64,000 nt of DNA from an uncultured Fibrobacterota bacterium. GTDB lineage: Bacteria > Fibrobacterota > Chitinivibrionia > Chitinivibrionales > FEN-1185. Under the pieces are notes generated by a model. That model was not told the origin of the DNA. It was given only the letters and a program-made list of their open reading frames with translations, and ran no database searches. A program made the position numbers and the translations under genes. Shown piece after piece: positions 18,839 through 27,928 of this stretch. The first letter of the stretch is position 1, and each line of letters starts with the position of its first letter. The stretch covers positions 64,001-128,000 of the forward strand of contig CAVSQB010000022.1 in the NCBI GenBank assembly GCA_963729895.1, written 5' to 3'.

Positions 18839-19150
18839 CTATTGGGCCGAAACTTCCTGCTCGAGCTGGGCTATTTCCTTGCGGATTTCGCCGTATTCCC
18901 GCAACCGGCGCTGCAGATACTCGCGCGTTATCCTCAATTTTTCCTTGACGCCTGCAGGAGTGAGGATGTACTGCCACCGTATCTTGTCCGGATTGTTCTT
19001 GAGCTTGTTCGCTTTGATGATGCCTTTTTCGATGAGTCCGGCAAGCACGTAGTTCGCCTTGCCGAGGCTTATGTCAAGCTTGAGCGCAAGGCTGCGCTGG
19101 GTATGCGAAGGGTTTTGCTCGATTTCCCGGATAATCTTGTATTCTATCAT
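18839..19150 (-). CDS. MarR-family EPS-associated transcriptional regulator
   Basis: TQRSLALKLDISLGKANY...YILTPAGVKEK; sits at head of polysaccharide locus. Confidence 0.9.
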   Translation of the reverse strand: MIEYKIIREIEQNPSHTQRSLALKLDISLGKANYVLAGLIEKGIIKANKLKNNPDKIRWQYILTPAGVKEKLRITREYLQRRLREYGEIRKEIAQLEQEVSAQ

Positions 19151-19250
19151 TGCTGTAGCCTTGCGGGAAAACGATCATTTAAAGAGCCGCTTTTCCGCTT
19201 GGTATTTGCCCGTTTGGCTGCTCCGGTTTTCGGGCGCGGCTCGAACTCCG

Positions 19251-19267
19251 TGTTCAATCATTGAACA
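19251..19267. promoter_or_regulatory. Perfect palindrome, candidate operator
   Basis: TGTTCAAT-C-ATTGAACA, 100 nt upstream of the regulator, just downstream of minus-strand TTGCAT...CATATT promoter-like sequence. Confidence 0.7.
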
Positions 19268-19384
19268 AAATATGCTATTCCATCATACAAATGCAACCGC
19301 AACGTTTTCAAGGAAAATGTTTACGCTGTGGCAAGACGAAGCCCACAGCTTGGGGTCGGTGGACTCGCCATCGCAGCGGACAGC

Positions 19385-20524
19385 TCATTGAAGGGCTTTG
19401 GTGATCTCCGCGATAATCGAGTCCTGCTCTCGCTCTTCGAGATACGGGTGCATCGGCAGGCTGAAGATCTTTGCCGCAATTTGCTCCGCGACAGGAAACT
19501 GTCCTTTTTGGTATCCCAGGAACGCGAATGCTTTCTGCAGATGAAGCGGCTTTGGATAGTAAATGGCCGTGGGTATTCCCTTACCTTTCAATCGGGCCGT
19601 CAGTTCCTCGCGATGTTCGCTTTGCACGGAGTATTGGGCCCAGGCGGAGCGACACTGCTCCGGAATATGGGGCACCGTCACTGTGCCCTGCAAGCCGGCT
19701 GAATATCGCCCGGCCACGACCTGCCTTTTCGCCATTTCTTCTTCAAAGATTTCCATCTTTGCAAGTACCACGGCCGCCTGGATCGTGTCCATTCGCCCGT
19801 TGATGCCGATTCGCGCATTTTCGTACTTGTCATTCCCCTGGCCGTGGATCCGTAAAGATTTGAGGCTATCGATCGTTTCCTCGTCATTACAGAATACCGC
19901 GCCTCCGTCTCCGTAACAGCCGAGAGGTTTTGCGGGAAAGAAGCTCGTTGCGGCCGCGTTTCCAAACGAACCCGCTCTTTTCCCGCTGCGCACTGCGCCG
20001 AAACTCTGGGCGGCATCCTCAAGCACAAACAGACAGAATTCCCGGGCTACACTATCGATTGCATCGTAGTCCGGGCACAATCCGAAAAGATCGACCGGGA
20101 TTATGGCTTTCGGTTTTAGGGCCGTTGGTATTCCCGGCGAAACTCTTTCGCCGTTCTTGACGGATACAATCGCCCGGCGAAGCTTTTGCGCGTCGATGTT
20201 GTACGTCTTTTCGTCGATGTCAACAAAGACCGGCGTTGCGCCGAGCAGCGATATCACTTCCGCGGTCGCAATAAAGGTGAACGTCGTGGTGAACACCGCG
20301 TCGCCCGGCCCAACGCCTTTGGCCATCAGCGCCATGAGCAACGCATCGGTACCGCTCGAACAAGAGAGGCAGTGCTTTGTGCCGACATACCGGGCGAGGA
20401 CATCTTCAAGTTCGGTGATTTCCCGGCCCATGATGAAGCCGGCGCGGTCAAGAATTTCATTGATCCGTTTCTGCACGGAAGGTTTTATGCGCTGATATTG
20501 TTTTTTCAAATCAATGAAGTCCAT
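19385..20524 (-). CDS. DegT/DnrJ/EryC1/StrS sugar aminotransferase
   Basis: SGTDAL, EDAAQSFG, SFFPAKPLGCYGDGG. Confidence 0.95.
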   Translation of the reverse strand: MDFIDLKKQYQRIKPSVQKRINEILDRAGFIMGREITELEDVLARYVGTKHCLSCSSGTDALLMALMAKGVGPGDAVFTTTFTFIATAEVISLLGATPVFVDIDEKTYNIDAQKLRRAIVSVKNGERVSPGIPTALKPKAIIPVDLFGLCPDYDAIDSVAREFCLFVLEDAAQSFGAVRSGKRAGSFGNAAATSFFPAKPLGCYGDGGAVFCNDEETIDSLKSLRIHGQGNDKYENARIGINGRMDTIQAAVVLAKMEIFEEEMAKRQVVAGRYSAGLQGTVTVPHIPEQCRSAWAQYSVQSEHREELTARLKGKGIPTAIYYPKPLHLQKAFAFLGYQKGQFPVAEQIAAKIFSLPMHPYLEEREQDSIIAEITKALQ

Positions 20525-20635
20525 GATTCCTTTCAACACGCTACCGGCCGCGGCCGTGCGGGCGGTGGATCTTCGCTCTCCGGATGTGTGACGTAAGGGT
20601 TCGAGGTTCCCGCGCAAACGGGCGCGTTGCTTTTT

Positions 20636-21775
20636 CTATGCATCTTCCATGATTCTAAGAGGCATGATGAGAAAGAGATCTTCGCTTTTCTGATCCGTTT
20701 CCTTGCCGTATTCCGGATAAATGAGACAAGCGCTGATGTGGGTGTTCATCTCGATCCGTATCTTCGGCACCGAAATGATACCGAGAATTTCCATGAAGTA
20801 TTGGGCGTTGAATCCGACGGCATGCTCGGGGCCTTCGTAGTCCGCGGGAACGATTTCCCGCGCTTCGCCGCCGATGTCCCTGTTGAGGACGATCACCTCG
20901 AGCTTGGCGTGGCGAAAGAGGAACTTGACCAGATGCGTCTTCTGGTTTGACAAAACGGAAACCCTTTTTACCGCCTCAAGAACCGCGTTCTTTTCCAGGA
21001 CGGCCTTCTTCGGATTGACCTTGGGAATTGCTTTTTCGTAATCCGGGTACGGGCCTTCGAGGAGCTTGGAACACATTCGAATGCCGTCAGCCTCAAAAAG
21101 AACGTATTTCTCGCCGAGCGTCACCGCAATCGGGTCCTGGGGCTTGCCCTGATCGATGACGCGCGCAAAATGCAACAGCGTCTTTGGGGAAACGATCATG
21201 GAAACGTTCTTTTCAAGAGCGTCCTCCCTTTTCCAAAAACAGCCACCAAGACGATGCCCGTCGGTGGCGACCATTCCGCTCCTGCCCCGATCCAATTTCC
21301 ACAGCACTCCGCACAAAGAAGTCCTCGATTCATCTCGCGAAACCGCAAAGCTGCTTTTCAAAATCATATCCTTAAGGCATTCGGACTTTACCGTAAAGTC
21401 AATTCCGTCCTTTATTTCCGGAAATGAAGGAAAGTCCTCCGCCCCTATTCCGGCCAGTTTACAGGAAAATCCTTTTTTGCTGTCAATAATCAACACGTTG
21501 ACATCAATGGTGAACGTTATGTCTCCTTCGGGAAGTTCCCTCACGATTTCGAAAAGCTTCCTTGCGTTCACGGTTATTTCCGCTTCGCCGTCACACGCCG
21601 CGCCTGCCGAGACTGCAATCGAATGATCAAGATCGGTTGCCGTCACGAGCACCTTTGCCTTTGAAAACGATAGTTTGAAATTCGACAGGATTTGCAAGGA
21701 TGTCTTTAGGGGAATTATCGGGTAACTCTTCTGAATAACTTCGTAGATGCTGTTTTTAGAAATTACGCATTCCAT
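20636..21775 (-). CDS. dnaN: DNA polymerase III beta clamp
   Basis: ATDL, VATDGHRL, GPYPDY, LIMPLR; next to dnaA. Confidence 0.97.
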   Translation of the reverse strand: MECVISKNSIYEVIQKSYPIIPLKTSLQILSNFKLSFSKAKVLVTATDLDHSIAVSAGAACDGEAEITVNARKLFEIVRELPEGDITFTIDVNVLIIDSKKGFSCKLAGIGAEDFPSFPEIKDGIDFTVKSECLKDMILKSSFAVSRDESRTSLCGVLWKLDRGRSGMVATDGHRLGGCFWKREDALEKNVSMIVSPKTLLHFARVIDQGKPQDPIAVTLGEKYVLFEADGIRMCSKLLEGPYPDYEKAIPKVNPKKAVLEKNAVLEAVKRVSVLSNQKTHLVKFLFRHAKLEVIVLNRDIGGEAREIVPADYEGPEHAVGFNAQYFMEILGIISVPKIRIEMNTHISACLIYPEYGKETDQKSEDLFLIMPLRIMEDA

Positions 21776-21849
21776 TTGTGTCTGCGCCTTTCCGGTTGAT
21801 GCGGATCCTCGACGGAACTCGTGCAGTATCATATATCCCTGCCGAGGCC

Positions 21850-22060
21850 TATATTTCTATTTCAAAATATATATAAACAAATAGTGATAAAAATAGATTT
21901 GTTGATAGTGCGATAAATAGATGTAAAGTGTTGAAATAAAAGACCCGGTTCTGTTGATAGTGTGTGAAAGAGAGTGCGTAAGATGGTGCTGGGCTTGGTA
22001 GTGGCGGTCGTTAGCCGGCCGCCAACATCATGTCCACAGGATAGTGTGGAATGAAGAGGG
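21850..22060. other. Candidate oriC segment (dnaA-dnaN intergenic)
   Basis: AT-rich tract with repeated ATAG; degenerate DnaA boxes TGTTGATAG at 21900 and 21952. Confidence 0.6.
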
Positions 22061-22097
22061 TGGGCAATAGAGCGAGCGGGCCGCTCCCTGTGCTGCA

Positions 22098-23450
22098 TCA
22101 GACGCTTTTTTCTTTCGAAAGAAGGGAAACGATGGTCGCAATGTCGGTCGAAAGGGATTTTTCGGTCCTTCTGAGAGCATCTATATGGCGGATGGCATGA
22201 ATCACGGTGCTGTGGTCTCTGCCGCCAAAGTGCAAACCGATGGATTTTAGCGAATAATTGGTAAAAGACTTGACTATGTACATTGCCACTTGTCTGCAAA
22301 ACGCCACTTCTTTGCGGCGATTTTTTTCCCGGACGTTGTTCAGGGGAACCTTGTAAAAGTCCGCAACGGTTTCGATGATCTTTTCTATGGAGAACCGGGT
22401 TCTTTCCTGTTTCTGCGAGCCCTCAAGGATCGATTGCACCAGGTCCATCGTGATGTCGCGCTTTGTTATTGAGGAATAAGCGAGAAGTCTGATGATGATG
22501 CCTTCGAGTTCCCGAATATTGGAGGATACCGATTCGGCTATGAGCAAAAGAATGTTTTCCGGGATATTCAGCTTATCCTGTTCCGCCTTTTTCTTGAGAA
22601 TGGCCACTCTGGTTTCGAGGTTGGGCGGCTGAATATCCACGCAGAGGCCCCACTGGAACCTGGAGACAAGCCGATCCTGGAGGCCCTTGAGCGAATGTGG
22701 AGGGAGATCGGACGTGAGGACAATTTGCCGCTGGTTCTGGTACAACGTGTTGAAAATGTAAAAGAACTCCTCCTGCGTACTTTCCTTTCCGGAGAGAAAC
22801 TGGACGTCGTCCAGCAGCAGGACGCTGGCCGATTTGAAGCCGTCGGAAAATTTTCTCGTGCTGTTGTTTTTTATTGCATCGATGAAATTGAAATAGAATT
22901 CCTCCGAAGAGGAATACGCGACCCGGAGGTCTTTTCTTTGTGAAAGCAGGAGGTTACCGACGGCCTGCAGGAGATGGGTCTTGCCGAGGCCGACGCCGCC
23001 ATAAATGAGCAGCGGATTGAATTTGGTCTTTCCGGGAGCATGCGCCACGGCGAGCGCCGCGCTCTTTGCGAACTCGTTTCCCGGCCCAACCACGAAACAA
23101 TCAAAGGTGAAGTTGCGATTGAAGAACGTTGTGGATGGCGGTGTTTTCAACGGCAGCGGAGGAGCGGTTTTTTTTTCGGGCGGAGGCGGCGGTGCAACCG
23201 CTGAATCGGAATCAACGACAAGGAGGATTTCGTCCAACGCCGGAAGGTGCGTTCTTGCCACCGCAAGAATTCTTGTTTTGTAATGTTGTTCAAGGAAATC
23301 GAGAACAAACTGGCTGGGGACGGCCACCACAAGCTTTGTGCCGTCTCTTATTTCCCCGGCACAAAGGGGACGGAACCATGTTTCAAATGAGGCGGAGTCC
23401 ACCAAGCGAGAAATGTCGGAGAGAATGTTTTCCCAAAGGGCTGCCAGCAT
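22098..23450 (-). CDS. dnaA: Chromosomal replication initiator
   Basis: NPLLIYGGVGLGKTHL, DDVQF, NIRELEG, GGRDHSTVIHA. Confidence 0.98.
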   Translation of the reverse strand: MLAALWENILSDISRLVDSASFETWFRPLCAGEIRDGTKLVVAVPSQFVLDFLEQHYKTRILAVARTHLPALDEILLVVDSDSAVAPPPPPEKKTAPPLPLKTPPSTTFFNRNFTFDCFVVGPGNEFAKSAALAVAHAPGKTKFNPLLIYGGVGLGKTHLLQAVGNLLLSQRKDLRVAYSSSEEFYFNFIDAIKNNSTRKFSDGFKSASVLLLDDVQFLSGKESTQEEFFYIFNTLYQNQRQIVLTSDLPPHSLKGLQDRLVSRFQWGLCVDIQPPNLETRVAILKKKAEQDKLNIPENILLLIAESVSSNIRELEGIIIRLLAYSSITKRDITMDLVQSILEGSQKQERTRFSIEKIIETVADFYKVPLNNVREKNRRKEVAFCRQVAMYIVKSFTNYSLKSIGLHFGGRDHSTVIHAIRHIDALRRTEKSLSTDIATIVSLLSKEKSV

Positions 23451-23698
23451 AGTACACCGCTTGCGCAAGGGCGCACCGCCAGGCGAGACGCCTGCGGGCG
23501 TTTCGAAAATCGCAAAGAAACCATTCGATGTGGGGATCGGAATTCCGCCCGAGCTGTTACCCGGCGGGTCTGTTCTTCGCTAAGAAACTACATAAGAAAC
23601 CGGGAAAAATCAATTGCAAGCGTTCCGAATACTGTTAAAATGCTTTGACAGTCTGTAGTGACTGAAATCATTTTTAGAGGCACGAAAGGAAAATTTTT

Positions 23699-23842
23699 AT
23701 GAAAAGAACATTTCAGCCTTCAAAGAGGAAAAGGACAAATACGCACGGATTCAGAAAAAGGAATTCAACCAAATCCGGCAGGAAGGTTCTCAAAAAGAGG
23801 AGGGCCAAGGGGCGCAAACGCCTCTCGGCATCAGACAAATAA
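23699..23842 (+). CDS. rpmH: 50S ribosomal protein L34
   Basis: Manual translation [47 protein letters not shown]; below the ORF-track cutoff. Confidence 0.97.
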   Translation: MKRTFQPSKRKRTNTHGFRKRNSTKSGRKVLKKRRAKGRKRLSASDK

Positions 23843-23847
23843 GCCGC

Positions 23848-24195
23848 TTGAAAACGCGCATGGTGCAAGGGGCGCGAAGGTTCCGGATTGCTTCGAGAAG
23901 GGAGATATCCTTTCTGTGGAGGACAGGTTCGCGATGGATGTGCTCCGCCTTCACGATTATTTTTCTGAATCGCTCGTTTGAATGCGACAGAGCGGCGTTT
24001 ATTGTGGGCAAGGCCAATGGGAATGCAGTTCAGAGAAACAGAACAAAGAGAATTCTGAGAGAGATATTTCGTAAGAACAAGAGCAGCACCCCACCCTTTT
24101 TTGATATCCTCATAAAGCCTGTGGGCAAGAATTTGCCTTCTGCGGAAGAACTAAGAAGCAGCTATCTACGATGGAAAACTTTGGCAAGAAAATAG
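23848..24195 (+). CDS. rnpA: RNase P protein component
   Basis: GNAVQRNRTKRILREIFR (RNR motif); synteny. Confidence 0.92.
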   Translation: MKTRMVQGARRFRIASRREISFLWRTGSRWMCSAFTIIFLNRSFECDRAAFIVGKANGNAVQRNRTKRILREIFRKNKSSTPPFFDILIKPVGKNLPSAEELRSSYLRWKTLARK

Positions 24196-24431
24196 GGACG
24201 TTTTTCCTATCTTCTCTCATTATGCTGACGAAAGCCGTGCTTGCGGTTCCTCCGGGGACCTGCAGGTTTTCACCCTCATGCAGCCACTATGCGATGGAGG
24301 CGGTTCGAACCTTCCCCATTCACCGGGCAATCGTGCTCATTGCCGTGCGATTGCTGAAATGCACGCCCCTTTCCGTTGGTGGTTTTGATCCGGTGCCCAC
24401 AGGGCGTGGAAAGGTTTGCGGCCGTGAATAA
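24171..24431 (+). CDS. yidD: Membrane protein insertion efficiency factor
   Basis: CRFSPSCSHY, RLLKCTP, GGFDPVP. Confidence 0.92.
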   Translation: MENFGKKIGTFFLSSLIMLTKAVLAVPPGTCRFSPSCSHYAMEAVRTFPIHRAIVLIAVRLLKCTPLSVGGFDPVPTGRGKVCGRE

Positions 24432-26283
24432 GAATACGCTGCTCGCATTTGTCCTGATACTTCTTACGTTTGTCGGCTTCAGCCTGTACGAAAGCCATTC
24501 TGCAAAAAGAAACCGGGCGGCCGCGGCGTCATCCGGATCCGCAAAACTCCCGGTAGCCGAAAGCAGCCTACCGGCCAAACAGCAGATCGCGCCGAAAATT
24601 ACCCGGGAAACGTCATCGGTGGCGATCAGCGCCGGAGCCGACACCTCGCGTTCGCGTGCGACGGCAGGGGACACCGCGTGGATCGACAACGGCAAAATGC
24701 TCTGCGGGATTGCCGAAGTCGGTGCGAGAATAGTCTCGCTTAAGATGAAAGATTATGGCTACGACAGGATTTCGCCAAAGGGTTTTGATGCCAGGGAGCG
24801 CGTCGACCTCGTGGCGCGGTCACTGGTGGGTGGTGGAAATCTAAGCATAGATGCTGAAAACTATGACGCGAAACTCTTTAAGCTCCAGGATACCGTCAAA
24901 CGGATCCGCATCGGGAGCGGACAAAAAGCATCTCTTTCATTTGCATACCGCACCGCCGCTGGCGCCACCGTCATAAAACGATATTCCTTTGAGGGTGGTT
25001 CCTACCGGATCGGGCTGGACGTTTTGTCTCCGTCGCTGGACGGCAAGAGCATTACCGTAAGCTGGCGGTGCGGGATTACGGAAAGCGAATATTTAAAAGG
25101 GGCCTCCGCGCAGAACAGTGGCGCGTATGTAAACGAACAGCGAAAAGTGCATGTGTTCGACGGGAAAAGCATAGAGCACATTCAGATAAAAAGGCCGGAC
25201 GACAAGATTGACCCGAAGACGGGGTTCTACAAATGGGCGGCACTCACGTCAAAGTACTTCACGGTTGCGCTTGTTCCGGACACCGTGAAAGACGCGGACA
25301 TATCCATCGAAGGATACGATTCCAAGGAATACGACGATGTGAAGGCGGAGGGCAAAAAAGGGCCGATTGTGGATTACTCCGTATCAATCAAGCGCACCGG
25401 CGATGGGTCGCGAGAAGGATACTGGTTGTTTGCCGGGCCCAGCAAGCTTTCACTTCTTCGCTCGTACCACGCCGGTCTGGAGAAAGTCCTTTTTGGCGGA
25501 TGGGAAGTGTTTTTGCGGGCCGACCTTTGGTTTCCGTACATCTGCGAAGTGCTGCTGTGGTTGCTTGTGTATATCAACAACCTTGTGAAGGACTACGGCG
25601 TCACCATCATCATTCTCACGATCATCACAAGGGTCATTACCTATCCCCTTTCGCAGAGCAGCATGAAATCGATGAACCGGATGAAACTCCTTCAGCCGAA
25701 AATCAACCATATTCGCGAACGGTACAAGACGAACCCCAAAAAGATGAACGAAGAAATCATGGCGATGTATCGGGAGGAAGGCGTCAACCCGCTCAACCCC
25801 GGCTGCCTGCCTATGTTTCTGCAGATGCCGATCCTGATTGCGTTGTACGTCGTTCTTCAGAAGGCAATAGAGTTGAGGGGCGCGCACACGGTATTGGTGC
25901 CGTGGGTAAAAGACCTTTCGCAGCCGGAAATATTTGTCGCTCTTCAAAGCATACCTTTTGTGGGAGGGCTTTTCCCGAACGGATTACCCTGGTATGGAAA
26001 CGGAATTGCCATCATGCCGGTGATAATGGCTATCCTCACCTTTATACAAAACAGGATGACCATAAAAGATCCGAATCAGAAAGCCATGATTTATTTCATG
26101 CCGATCTTCATGCTTGTAATATTCAATAACCTGCCCGCCGGGCTTGTTTTCTACTGGACATTTTCCAACGCCCTCGGCATACTTCAACAATATATTCTCA
26201 ACAGGAGCATGGAAAAAGAGGCCGTTGCATATCGGGCCGCGGCGGAAAAAAATCAGCGATCCGGCAAGAAGGCCCGAAAGTAG
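24424..26283 (+). CDS. yidC: Membrane protein insertase
   Basis: GCLPMFLQMP, WVKDLS, PAGLVFYW; start placed at GTG 24424. Confidence 0.96.
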   Translation: MNKNTLLAFVLILLTFVGFSLYESHSAKRNRAAAASSGSAKLPVAESSLPAKQQIAPKITRETSSVAISAGADTSRSRATAGDTAWIDNGKMLCGIAEVGARIVSLKMKDYGYDRISPKGFDARERVDLVARSLVGGGNLSIDAENYDAKLFKLQDTVKRIRIGSGQKASLSFAYRTAAGATVIKRYSFEGGSYRIGLDVLSPSLDGKSITVSWRCGITESEYLKGASAQNSGAYVNEQRKVHVFDGKSIEHIQIKRPDDKIDPKTGFYKWAALTSKYFTVALVPDTVKDADISIEGYDSKEYDDVKAEGKKGPIVDYSVSIKRTGDGSREGYWLFAGPSKLSLLRSYHAGLEKVLFGGWEVFLRADLWFPYICEVLLWLLVYINNLVKDYGVTIIILTIITRVITYPLSQSSMKSMNRMKLLQPKINHIRERYKTNPKKMNEEIMAMYREEGVNPLNPGCLPMFLQMPILIALYVVLQKAIELRGAHTVLVPWVKDLSQPEIFVALQSIPFVGGLFPNGLPWYGNGIAIMPVIMAILTFIQNRMTIKDPNQKAMIYFMPIFMLVIFNNLPAGLVFYWTFSNALGILQQYILNRSMEKEAVAYRAAAEKNQRSGKKARK

Positions 26284-26345
26284 AATCCTACACGCAGCCT
26301 TCGGCCCCGGGAGCCGAAGGAAATTTTTGGCTCCACGGGATCGCA

Positions 26346-27713
26346 GTGAACACAAAGACAATTGCAGCTCTTTCGACTCCCCAAGGAACGGGGGCGATTG
26401 CCATCGTTCGCGTTTCCGGCCCCCGCGCGATTTCCGCACTGGAAAAATGTCTCGATCCATTTCCCGAGTTTCACAAAAGCAAGCCTCAGTGCGTTCGGCT
26501 CTACAGGATAGTCTCACCCCGCACGGGGAAAATTGTCGATCAGATTACGGCAGTCAAGTATGAGGCCCCGCATTCGTTCACCGGCGAGAACATGGTTGAG
26601 CTGTTTTGCCATGGCGGGAGGATTGTCGTGGAAAAAGTGCTTTCCATACTGGTTGACGAGGGTGTGGACATTGCAAAGAGAGGTGAATTTACAAGACGGG
26701 CATTTCTCAACGGCAAGTTCGACCTCCTGAAAGCCGAGTCGATTCTGGGGCTCATCGAAAGCAGTACCGAGAAGGAATATACCGCATCGTTAGAGGCATA
26801 CATGGGCGGCTCTACCGCCAGGGTTATTCGTTGGAAAGAGAGTGTAAAGAATGTGCTTCGGGATATTGAGGCCGCAATAGAATTTCCGGAAGAGGCTGAT
26901 GTGAAAAAGTCAAACAGGGGACACATTGAGCGGATAGCGGAAATCAGGAAAGAAATTGAAATGGAGGCCAAAAAGAGGCTGCAGAGCCACATTATAGAAA
27001 AAGGAATAGTGGTGCCCGTTGTGGGCGTTGCAAACGCAGGCAAGTCTTGTTTTTTCAATATGTTGCTGGGGTTTGACAGATCCATTGTTCATAGTGAAGA
27101 AGGAACAACCCGCGACGGGATTGGTGAAGACATTGAAATTTCCGGCGAGAAAGTAACAATTCTTGATACGGCCGGGCTCAGGGAAACAAACAACGAAGTA
27201 GAACAATTGGGGATTGAGAGAACCTGGGACTATATCCATAAAGCGGCAATGGTTGTTTGGGTAACCCCGGCGGACAGGGACATCACGCCGCAGGAGATGT
27301 CGTTGATAAATGATGAGACGCGGGAAAAAATGGTCTGTGTCATAAGCAAGATTGATATTGGTGACCAGGGTGCGAAGAAGAACTTCTGCACGGAAAAAAA
27401 AGTCCCATGGATTTGCGCATGTCTCTTGGACTCAAAGGAGCGCGAGCGCCTGGTGGGCTTTGTTGGGGCCAACGTAGAGAAGAAAGCGGGAGTCATTGAA
27501 ACATCCAGCGTTATTCGAACCATGCGACAGGAGATTATTGCACGCCGGATGATCGGAAATCTCCTTGAAGCGGAAAAAGACGGCAAGGCAGGTGAGGAAA
27601 TAGTGTCCTTACATCTTCAACGATTTCTTTCGGAAATTGGTGAATTGGCCGGCGGGACCGCAAGTGAGGAGATTCTAGATAGTATCTTTTCTGAATTCTG
27701 CATAGGGAAATAA
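26346..27713 (+). CDS. mnmE: tRNA modification GTPase
   Basis: PHSFTGE, GEFTRRAFLNGK, GTTRD, DTAG, FCIGK. Confidence 0.96.
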   Translation: MNTKTIAALSTPQGTGAIAIVRVSGPRAISALEKCLDPFPEFHKSKPQCVRLYRIVSPRTGKIVDQITAVKYEAPHSFTGENMVELFCHGGRIVVEKVLSILVDEGVDIAKRGEFTRRAFLNGKFDLLKAESILGLIESSTEKEYTASLEAYMGGSTARVIRWKESVKNVLRDIEAAIEFPEEADVKKSNRGHIERIAEIRKEIEMEAKKRLQSHIIEKGIVVPVVGVANAGKSCFFNMLLGFDRSIVHSEEGTTRDGIGEDIEISGEKVTILDTAGLRETNNEVEQLGIERTWDYIHKAAMVVWVTPADRDITPQEMSLINDETREKMVCVISKIDIGDQGAKKNFCTEKKVPWICACLLDSKERERLVGFVGANVEKKAGVIETSSVIRTMRQEIIARRMIGNLLEAEKDGKAGEEIVSLHLQRFLSEIGELAGGTASEEILDSIFSEFCIGK

Positions 27714-27892
27714 GAAGCATATTTGGTGTGTCGTCCGGCTTTTCCTCAAAGCTTGCTTCGGGGTTCTTTAATTACGCCACAGATCTTCCCCAGGACTGTT
27801 CCACATTCATCCCTGAAAGTAAGCACAACAAGAAGCCGCATTCTCACTGCATTTCCGATTCCCCATTTGGTATTTTTAACATGTCCAGGGAC

Positions 27893-27908
27893 TGTTTCAC
27901 GTGAAACA
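27893..27908. other. parS site
   Basis: Perfect TGTTTCACGTGAAACA. Confidence 0.92.
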
Positions 27909-27928
27909 AGTTCAAGGTGGGCCAACCC

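Noticed and set aside
18076..18948. 290-aa plus-strand ORF
   Set aside because: Antisense to the NTase and regulator genes
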